In this document: positions 54,440 through 64,000 of the stretch, one piece after another
Layout: the number at the start of each line of letters is the position of its first letter
Numbering within the stretch: the first letter of the stretch is position 1
From: Octopus sinensis
Lineage: Eukaryota
Assembly (NCBI RefSeq): GCF_006345805.1
Contig: NW_021833233.1
Span: 1-64,000, forward strand
Reading direction: 5' to 3'
Length of the DNA: 64,000 bases
The notes under the pieces: generated by a model
Database searches by the model: none
Seen by the model: the letters and a program-made list of their open reading frames with translations, nothing else
What the model was told of the DNA's origin: nothing
Position numbers and translations under genes: made by a program

Positions 54440-54489
54440 CATATATGCATATATATATACATTCATGCATATACATAGTATATAGGTAT

Positions 54490-54537
<48 letters not shown>

Positions 54538-54775
54538 ATGTATGAATGTATGTGTTCTTATATATATACATATAAGAGATAATGGTGTCATTGAGACCCA
54601 AAGGTGTCAGGTAAGTGCTATAAGCAAACCATAGTTAAGTTCCAGATTCGGTAATATTGAGAATAAAGGGTTCAAAGTTGGTTCTATGTCAGCGTGTGTA
54701 TATAAGAATTTTTTTTCGCGTAATAAGATAAAAAAACCAAGGCTGTATAGATTTTAGAACATTTATAGATAGAAG

Positions 54776-54827
54776 GTCTTACAGCTGTTTCTAGGATATT
54801 AGTTAATAATATCCCTTCATCGGAGAC
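54776..54827 (-). ncRNA. Minimal hammerhead-like motif (left arm of inverted pLTR pair)
   Basis: gtct-CCGATGA-a-gggatatt..aatatcct-a-GAAA-cagctgta-agac. Confidence 0.55.
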
Positions 54828-54920
54828 GGTGTGAGGGGGAAATTAAGCATTACTTAGTTTAGATGTGATACAAAATAGAGAGGTGGAGGAAAGAAAATAG
54901 ATGTATTTTCCTCTCACACC

Positions 54921-54972
54921 GTCTCCGATGAAGGGATATTATTCATTAATATCCTAGAAACAGCTGTAAGAC
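54921..54972 (+). ncRNA. Minimal hammerhead-like motif (right arm of inverted pLTR pair)
   Basis: gtct-CCGATGA-a-gggatatta(ttcat)taatatcct-a-GAAA-cagctgta-agac; palindromic ACAGCTGT stem III, GUA site. Confidence 0.55.
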
Positions 54973-56359
54973 CTTCTATCTATAAATGCTCTAATATCTA
55001 TACAGCCTTGGTTTTTTCTATCTTATTACGCAAAAAAATTCTTACGTATATATATATATATATATGTACATGTGAGGGAGAGAATATGCATGAATCCTAT
55101 GCTACTATATAAATGTGATTTTCGAGGGAGCATTGTCACGTTTCTTGACTATTGTTTCTTATGAATAGTATCGGAAAGATTCATCTCGTGATATGTTGAT
55201 TCAGTAGTAAGAAACTGAGTCCTTGGGAAAGCAGTTAAGATATGAACAATGATATTCACATACAAATTGCTATTACGTTTAAATCAAATCTTCACTGCTT
55301 TGGCAAAAGACGTTGAGGTAACAAGTACACTCTGTATGATGGTACATGAAATCGCAATCCGTTCCCTTTGGAGATAAATTAATAGAAGCTTCTCATATTG
55401 AATTATGATTCAAAGTTTCAGTATAAATATATACACACAGAAATAATCTATGATTTTTGTATCTGAGATACAGTGAATGCCTAAGGTTTTTCTATATTAA
55501 ATTTTGGAAGCAGTGGAATCTGTAGGTGATTTGCGATTAATGAAAGCAATATTTAACAACATTAAAAGGCTATATGGTAAGAATTTTGCTTTCCAACTAA
55601 AAGGCTCCAGGATTAGTCCAACCGCGTAGGACTTTAAGTAAGTGCCTTCTACTATAGTACCAGGAATATAAAAGTATTCAGTATGATTCATTCGACTGAA
55701 ATTCTTTCAGGCGATGCCCTAGCTTGGTCGCTGTCTAATCACTAAAACAAGTACCTCAATATGATTTTACACCAGAACAATTCCCCCAGCGTTTTAAATT
55801 CGAGAAATTTCCACAAAAGAGTGCAGATTATTTTGCTGCATCCAAGTCAAAAGTTATCCTGCCAAATTACCAAATTCCAACATACAAACTGATCTGCAAG
55901 TTAGACCCCCACCTCAGTCATTTTATTACTGCTTGTAGATCGGACCACGTCGGAAAACGCCATTGCGGATTGAATCCAATTGCTTATACAAGCCTTCATT
56001 TTTACTGTCGCAAGGAAAATTTTTCGTTGGTGCGGATGTATATTTGCAGTTGAGACATCATCAGCGACCTGCTGCGTAATGTATCTGCCATGGTCTCGTA
56101 TAGCAATAAGTTTCAGAATCTCAATGAAGTGAACATTTAAGCAAAAGTCTATAAATGATCATATACATATAATTTATTATATACGTATAAATTAAACATC
56201 ACGTGATTAGTCTATGTTGCATGGGCAAAATGATTGAATAAAACGAAGAATCACGCAAACGTTTATACATAGCATTTGATATATTTTAGATAAAAGTATC
56301 CCTACATTTCACTCACCTTGGGTTATGCACAAACGCATGTCTGCGTATATATATACACT

Positions 56360-56486
56360 TTATTAAAAAGTAGCAAAAATATCACAAAAACTGTTACTCA
56401 GAGTTTCAAGTTCCCGTTTATCGGACGAACTGGCAGGTGAAACTCTGAGTAACGGTTTTTGTGATATTTTTGCTGCTTCTTAATAA
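56360..56486. repeat. Hairpin with 49-bp arms and 29-nt loop
   Basis: 3 mismatches; each strand carries GAAACTCTGAGTA. Confidence 0.85.
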
Positions 56487-56604
56487 CGCATATTACTCTA
56501 CCTCTGGTATTCGAGTACTATTATTTCCAAGTTGTTTCATATTTATGTGTTTACACTGGTATATATATATATACAAATTATATATGTGCATATATTTATA
56601 TCGA

Positions 56605-57008
56605 TGACTGTGTGGTAAGTAGCTTGCTTACGAACTATATGGTTCCGGGTTCAGTCCCACTGCGTGGCACATTAGGTGAGTGTCTTCTACTGTAGCCTCG
56701 GAGCGACCAAAGCCTTGTGAGTGGATTTGGTAGACGGAAACTAAAAGAAGCCCGTCGTATATATGTATGTATGTGTATGTATATATATATATATATATAT
56801 ACGTAAGTTTATGCGTCTGTGTTTGTCCCCCCAACATCGCTTGACAACAGATGGTGGTGTGTTTATGTCCCCGGCAAAATAGACCGATAGAATAAGTACT
56901 GGGCTTACAAAGAATAAGTCCCGGGGTCGATTTGCTCGACTAAAGGCGGTGCTCCAGCATAGCCACAGTCAAATGACTGAAATAAGTAATAGAGTAAATG
57001 AGTAAAGA
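56605..57008 (+). mobile_element. SINE family B
   Basis: Family B head, internal microsatellite and tail. Confidence 0.9.
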
Positions 57009-57768
57009 ATGCGTGTGTGTGTGTGTGTATGGTTGTATGCGTGGAGACATAAGCATGTTGAAAATAACCTTATGTAAACGAGGAGTGAAAAAATAAAACG
57101 TAGCGTTAAATGAATTATGAAGTGTTAATATATAAAATAGACAAGAGCAGTAAAACATATCAGAAAGTGAACGAGTGCAAACAAATGAATTTTAAAAAAG
57201 ACAAGAAAACATAGAACAAAACCGAAAGTTAACAGGCTTTTTGAACAGAATAGGAAATAGAGAGAGCGTGGAGGAAAGGGTGGGCGTAAAAATAAATGAC
57301 AAAATGTATTTTGATGGAGAAGTGATTTGAATATTATATAAGAAAGATAAACCGCCGAGAGTAAGAAAGTTCACAGTGTGTATACACGAATGTAGTTACG
57401 GTATTGAGTGAGATTTTAAGCATGTTACTTCAATGAATAAATTCTCAGTAAATCCATTTACTGTTCAAAATTACTTTTCGTCTTAAACGAATTATGTATT
57501 TGTCTTTTGTATTTGTAATACACATGCACAGACTGACACAGAAACACACAGACACATGCACGCACGCACGCATGCGCATGTAGTATAAAAGCATTTACGG
57601 AAATACACAGCTAATGCGATCAACGAGTAGGATTTTGAACAATATGGCTGACATCGAAAAGGATCTAGAACGCATGACTATGTGGTCAAACTGGTATAAG
57701 TAGGAGATAGGATTTCATTTGTTACTCTTCTGACTGGGGAGCTCACAGTTTTATTTCGGTCAGATTGC

Positions 57769-57780
<12 letters not shown>

Positions 57781-57813
<33 letters not shown>

Positions 57814-58141
57814 TGTGTCTCTGTGTTCTGTGTGGTGTCTTGTGTCTGTGTTGTGTGTGTGTGTGGTGTGTGTGGTGTGTGTCCTGTTTTTCTGTGTGTG
57901 TGCTGTGTGTGGTGTGTGTGTGTGTGTATGTGTGTGTGTCTGTGTCTCTGTGTTGTATGTGTGTCTGTGTGTTGTGTGTGTGTGTGTGTGTGTGTGTGTG
58001 TCTGTGTCTCTGTGTGTCTGTGTGTCTGTGTGTGTGTGTGTGTGTGTGTCTGTGTCTCTGTGTGTCTGTGTGTCTGTGGGTGTGTGTGTTTGTGTGCGTG
58101 TGTGTGTGTGTGTGTGTTGTGTGTCCTGTGTCTGTGTGTCT

Positions 58142-58182
<41 letters not shown>

Positions 58183-58193
58183 TGTGTCTCTGT

Positions 58194-58231
<38 letters not shown>

Positions 58232-58322
58232 TGTGTCTGTGTCTCTGTGTGTCTGTGTGTCTGTGTGTGTGTGTTGTGTGTGGTGTGTGTGTGTGTGGTG
58301 TGTGGTGTGTCTGTGTCTCTGT

Positions 58323-58367
<45 letters not shown>

Positions 58368-58389
58368 TGTGTCTCTGTGTGTCTGTGTG

Positions 58390-58428
<39 letters not shown>

Positions 58429-58514
58429 TGTGTCTCTGTGTGTCTGTGTGTCTGTGTGTGTGTGTGTGTGTGTGTCTGTGTCTCTGTGTGTCTGTGTGTC
58501 TGTGTGTGTGTGTG

Positions 58515-58549
<35 letters not shown>

Positions 58550-58590
58550 CTGTGTCTGTGTGTCTGTGTCTGTGTGTGTGTGAGTTTGTG
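57781..58590. repeat. Long compound (GT)n / GTCT minisatellite-like tract
   Basis: Recurrent gtctgtgtctctgtgt units between GT runs; explains the 270-314 aa low-complexity ORFs. Confidence 0.95.
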
Positions 58591-58681
58591 TGCATGCGCG
58601 GGCTCGCTGAAAATAAGGTCACACTTTCAATTTAAGCGAAAACGTACGTACGATTTTATGTATGTATTTACACGTGATTGA

Positions 58682-59016
58682 GAAGGCGCATGGCTTCGTG
58701 GTTAGAGCGTAGGTTGTGAGGTTGTGAGGGTTGTGAGTTCGTTTCCCGGATCGGGCTGCATGTTGTGTTCTTGAGCAAGACACTTTATTTCACGTTGCTC
58801 CAGTTAACTCAGCTGTATAAATGAGATGTGACGTCATTGGTGCCAAGCTGTATCGGCCTTTGCCTGTCCCTTGCATAACACTGCTGGCGTGAAGAGGGGA
58901 GGCTGTTATGCATGGGCGACTGCCGGTCTTCCACAAACAATCTTGCCCTGATTTGTGACTCGGAGGGTGACTTTCTAGGTGCAATCCCATGGTCATTCAT
59001 GACCGAAACGGGTCTC
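58682..59016 (+). mobile_element. SINE with D-type head and a distinct tail
   Basis: gaaggcgcatggcttcgtggttag...ttcttgagcaagacactttatttcacgttgctccag; tail ttctaggtgcaatcccatggtcattcatgaccgaa. Confidence 0.75.
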
Positions 59017-59099
59017 TTGCTCCTCCCATTTACGCGTGATTATATATGTACATATACGTATCATATGTGTGCGTGTGTGTGAATTATATACATATATAT

Positions 59100-59330
59100 A
59101 TTTCTTTACTACCCACAAGGGGCTAAACACAGAGGGGACAAACAAGGACACACAGACGGATTAAGTCGATTATATCGACCCCACTGCGTAAATGGTACTT
59201 AATTTATCGACCCCGAAAGGGTGAAAGGCAAAGTCGACCTCGGCGGAATTTGAACTTAGAACGTAACGGCAGACGAAATACCGCCAAGCATTTCTCCCGG
59301 CGTGCTAACGTTTCTGCCACCTCGCCGTCT
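59100..59330 (-). mobile_element. SINE family A monomer
   Basis: Complete head and body. Confidence 0.9.
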
Positions 59331-59680
59331 TCATTATATACATATATGGACAAATACGAACATAGATTTATATAAGTGAAAATATGTACGCACAAACGCA
59401 TACACACACAACAACACACACACATATATCTCTATATATGCGCATGTATGTATTCATAAATCAATTTATATGTAAGTTATGTAAGAATGTATGCATAAAT
59501 ACCTCTGAGCACGAATGTAGACATATATTAGTGTATCTGAAAATATGATATTAATGCGAATATGTGTGCGTGCGTTAGTGCGCATGCGCATGTGTTTGTG
59601 CGCGTAAGTATGCATCAGTGTGTATGTTTTTGTGTATATATATATATATATATATAATATATGCATATAATATATATTTA

Positions 59681-59740
<60 letters not shown>

Positions 59741-60722
59741 ATATATATTAAATATATTATATATAATATATATATATATATGCATTATATTTTAAATATA
59801 TATATATATATATTATATATATATATAATATATATATATATTATATATATATATATACGAGTATTTTTATATGTATGTATATTTGTTCGTGTGTGTGTAT
59901 ATGCGCATACGTATATGAATCTATGCAGTCATGAATATTTTATGTTTCAATACCAAAGCGCTACTGGTTTGTTCCGTCTAATTTTGTTACCTTCTAAAAC
60001 AAAAAGCCAAATTCGTATTAATGTTCATTATCCGGAATTATAAAATTCAATAAGTGTTCAGGAATTCTTCCAAAGATTCATATTTAAGCATTTTATGGTG
60101 CTACACCGTTACGCCACATACATAATATATAGCCCTTTCTATATTTACTAAGATACCGCTTAACGCCTAAACATCTCCTCGAAGTGAAATAGTTTAACTT
60201 GATTGTACAATAATTCCATAAGAGAGAACACAAGAAAATGTCTACTGCACACAGTATGTTAAACATATGACAATATAATTTACAATTTTACGTTTCACTT
60301 TTAAACTATAAGTAGATGTTAGTTACTTAAAATAGTTGACAACATGCAGTAAATCTTTGAAATATTTCAGCCATTTCAAACTAAAAATTGTACATACTGC
60401 ATTAAATTGAAGTAAGAGTCATTAATCGAATTTACTACCGGGAAGATGGTATTAGCTATTCCGGAGTACATCAGTTATGTAACGAAAATAACAATAGAAG
60501 CGGCAGCAATACCATACCATCGATAATAATAAAAATGGTTTCCTAACGTTGGCAGGAGGTGAGTAAATGTAGGGCAAAGTGGTTTCGTTCGAATGTGTCG
60601 GCTGCAGTATTTGCCTTGTTTATTTATTTATTTCGTCGATACCATCATACTCTTTTACTTGTTTCAGTCATTTGACTGCGGCCATGCTGGAGCACCGCCT
60701 TCATCATCATCATCACACCACC

Positions 60723-60756
<34 letters not shown>

Positions 60757-60841
60757 TCATCATCACCATCATCATCATCAATCATCATCATCATCATCAT
60801 CATCATATCATCATCATCATCATCACACACCATCATCATCA

Positions 60842-60876
<35 letters not shown>

Positions 60877-60928
60877 ATCATCATCATCATCGTCGTCGTC
60901 ATCATCATCATCATCATCATCACCACCC

Positions 60929-60972
<44 letters not shown>

Positions 60973-61058
60973 CAATAACATGCAATGCTACATACACCAC
61001 AGCAACACGGAGGTATATTGTGTGAGGTATCAACTTGCATGAAACTAACAAATGTATA

Positions 61059-61103
<45 letters not shown>

Positions 61104-61329
61104 ATATACGGTGAGAATACAATTACTTCCCGATATTGTGTTACAGAAGGGTATTTGGTTACAGGGTTTGGCTCGAGCTTTTGATTGTTTTCATGTTTGT
61201 ATTTGGTATTGTGTGTAACACCAGTTGTTTTCTTCTGTGGTGTATCCGATTTGTAGACTACATGTTGTAGACGCTCTTTATACTATTGCATATTTACTGC
61301 ATAGAGTGTGTCTTGTCTTTGTGAATTTA

Positions 61330-62185
61330 TTTGAGTTGTACTAATGAAGTGACAGTGTCTTGCGTAGGCTGTGAGCTGCTCCTATCAGAGCTATGTTTTT
61401 AGATAGTGTGTAGTGTTGAGGGTTCATGTATAGCCTCTACTTTTTTTGTGTGTTTATACGTTTATTTTTCCAGTTATTATTGGTTTTGTTTTCCCTTTCA
61501 TGCCCCTCACCTTAAATGCTTCCATTTCGAATTTTTGAACTTTGACAATTTCTTCATTTCTTTGGGAGTAATATTTTGATTAGAAGGGACTGCAATCAAC
61601 AAGCAAATGTTCTTTTGTTTTTTTTTTCCAAATCTTAATTATTATGACTGTGCGATTAGCTTTGATTTCTTTGTTAATTAGAACAATCATATCCCAGATG
61701 ATTGTGGCCTGGTTGTTGTCATTACCTTGTTTGGCACACGTTTCTACGATTTTTTGTTAGATTCTATATAGTAGCATCGGAATATTGCCTAGTTATTCAG
61801 ATTTGGCTGGGACTGGACATCCAGAGATGGTGTGGTCAACCGTCTCATTGTACTTGTTGCATATTCAACATTTGGTGTTAGGGTCTGTTTTGCTTATTTT
61901 CGTTTTATAATTGTTTGTGATCAAGCATTAGACTTGTGCAACGAGAAACATTCCTTTCGTTTTTGCTTTCAGTCCCAAGATTTTGAACTTTTACTTTTGA
62001 GCTGTTTGCTTTTACTTAGCCACACTTCTCTGCCAAGCCTTGCAGCGTACTGAGCATGGAGTGAATTTCTCTCCATGTCTTTCTAAATGCCTTGTAGCTC
62101 CATTTTTATGATTTCTGTTTCTTTGATAATTTCTGTCGTGTTGTCATCTGAAATCAGTGTTTTGGCGTAGTTTTCTTCTGTTTTG
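61330..62185 (-). pseudogene. Decayed R4/Dong-like RLE LINE fragment
   Basis: LKAKTKGMFLVAQ..CLITNNYK...C.ICNKYNETVDHTISGCPV...IIWDM...KEIKANR...CLLI.AVPS. Confidence 0.8.
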
Positions 62186-62187
62186 TA

Positions 62188-62478
62188 TTGGGTTGTCCAG
62201 AAAGTTCGTGCCGATTTATAGTAGCTTACATTTCGACTTATTTTAGAACATAGCTGAGTCGATAAAATAGGATTTGACTACACCTCCATTTAGAGCACAG
62301 AATAAGCTATTTTTTCGTGGAAGAAGGTTTATGTTCCTATAACCTGTGTTAATTCTGTAACCCTTTAAAATGGAAGACAAGAAAGTTCATTTTCAGCACT
62401 TGATGCTTTGGGACCAGACAAAAATTGCTGCAACTCGGCTTGGATGTGTTACCCACCCTCCATATTCACCAGATATTG
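62188..62478 (+). mobile_element. Mariner element, left end plus deleted transposase remnant
   Basis: TA|ttgggttgtccagaaagttcgtgccg TIR; MEDKKVHFQHLMLW fused to TRQKLLQLG.DVL.HPPYSPDIAP. Confidence 0.85.
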
Positions 62479-63072
62479 CTCCCCAACCTTTGCTCGTGAT
62501 CATAAATGCACATATGACAGCAAATAAAGGACATACTCAACTGGTTAAGGTCAAGAGACTGACAAGCAAATCTGTGGTACTGAGCATAATATTTCCTGTA
62601 GCCTATTTTAATACCAAGACAGAACATGTAAATAACACTTCCAATCTATTCTATTTAACTTCCCCGAAGTGGACAGAGAAGAACAGAAAGACAGCTCTAT
62701 TGATAACATGTTCTTCGAATCGCTAAAGAGTCCCTTTTTTGACCTCACTTCTAGATTAGAGTTTTCAGAAAACTCTTTTAGTCTCTAAACCAAAAGTTTC
62801 TCGCTATTAGCTATTTATTTATTCCTCGGCACCGGGATCTTCCTCAAGATCGGTATCGCTCATACTTTCCAAAGACAATTACAAGGCAGACACCCTATCG
62901 AACATATTCATTTCAATTCTATGCACAAGAACCGACATTTTGCGGGAGAGAGCAAGTCGAGTAGATCGACCCCAATACGCAACTATTACTTAATTTATCG
63001 ACCCCGAAGCAAAGGCGACCTCGGCAGAATTTGAACGTAAAGATAGACGAAATACCACCGCTAAGCATTTCG

Positions 63073-63330
63073 TGTTTCTCTTGCGTATGTGTTCCCCCCA
63101 GCTGGACGGAACGCCAGTCCATCGCAGGGAACAGGATGAAAGAGTGAGAAAAAGTTGGGGCGAAAGAGTACAACAGGGGTCGTCACCACCCCCTGCCGGA
63201 GCCTCGTGGAACATTAGGTGTTTTCGCTCAATAAACACACACACAACGCACTGACTCGAAACGCCGGACTCGAAACTGCGATCCTCCGACCGAGAGTCTG
63301 CTGCCCTAACCATTGGGCCATTGCACCTCC
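63073..63330 (-). mobile_element. SINE family C head with V-like tail
   Basis: cctgcgatggactggcgttccgtccagctgggg on minus strand; family C head. Confidence 0.85.
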
Positions 63331-64000
63331 ACAGCAACTCACATATTCTAACATATATCTTTCTGTGATAAACTGCATGATTTCAGATTTTAGACAATGC
63401 ATAACACAATTACTGAGGCACGTTCCTTCATATGACAGCATTTAAGAATGTTTGTATATCTCAGGACAGGTACATGTGTGTGATAGAGAGAGAGAGAGGG
63501 AGAGAGAGAGAGAGAGAGAAACTACGTGTGTGAGTACGTGTGTGTAAGTGTGACTACGCGTGTGTGTGTGCGCGCGTATTCGTTTGTGTTAGTGTGAGTT
63601 CGTTTGTGTGTGTGTACGCGTGTGATGCAAATACAGGTAAGTATTTAACTGAAATTCCATCTTGCTACTTTTTATTAAGAAACGACAGCAAATAAAGAAA
63701 GATAACCAGGTGATATCCATCTTTATGGACGCAGAGAATATTCAGATTGCCATATTTTCGTAGAGGATCCCGGAATACAAGCATGGAATATAATATTAGC
63801 TTACCTCTGTATGAAATTGCTATGCTGGTTATTGAATAAACAGACGTATGAATGAGACATCAGTAATGTATTTATTTAGCACCTGACCTCCTGAATGTAT
63901 CTCAGCGTTTGCTACGCAAATATTTGAGTTTTCTATATAAGTTTATATAACCATGGAATACAGATAGTAAAATAAAGCTCTGTCGTGATGTATGGAAAAT

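Noticed and set aside
55160-55225. cttatga...gaaactgagtc as a hammerhead
   Set aside because: Core G5 lost and no stem I or II pairing
60500-60560. EF-hand-like DNNKNGFLT before a gtgagt donor
   Set aside because: Position 12 is not Glu, acceptor weak, likely coincidence

Overview
AT-rich eukaryotic DNA with very dense microsatellites ((AT)n, (AC)n, (ATAG)n, (ATAC)n, AAT/GAT/GAA). The tRNA-derived SINE complement resembles octopus or another cephalopod (inference, not checked against a database). I cannot support any host protein-coding gene, and most ORFs in the supplied track are microsatellite translations. The window is a retro/DNA-transposon mosaic. It holds four or more tRNA-headed SINE families; decayed LINEs (RTE-BovB, CR1/L2-like, three R4/Dong-like RLE fragments); two Penelope-like elements (RT and GIY-YIG remnants); non-autonomous Helitrons with canonical A|TC...CTAG|T ends; two Merlin-like MITEs with perfect 8-bp TSDs; a mini-piggyBac; and a mariner remnant. 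The most notable hidden layer is RNA structure: several unrelated minimal hammerhead-ribozyme-like motifs, mostly in inverted-repeat settings. One is a fully canonical GUC-site hammerhead (26831-26910) enclosed by a 58-bp inverted repeat that could switch it off. Other points of interest are SINE concatemers with one recurring junction, a CTAG|TC Helitron tandem, a SINE/LINE shared 3' stem-loop and a perfect 287-bp palindrome.
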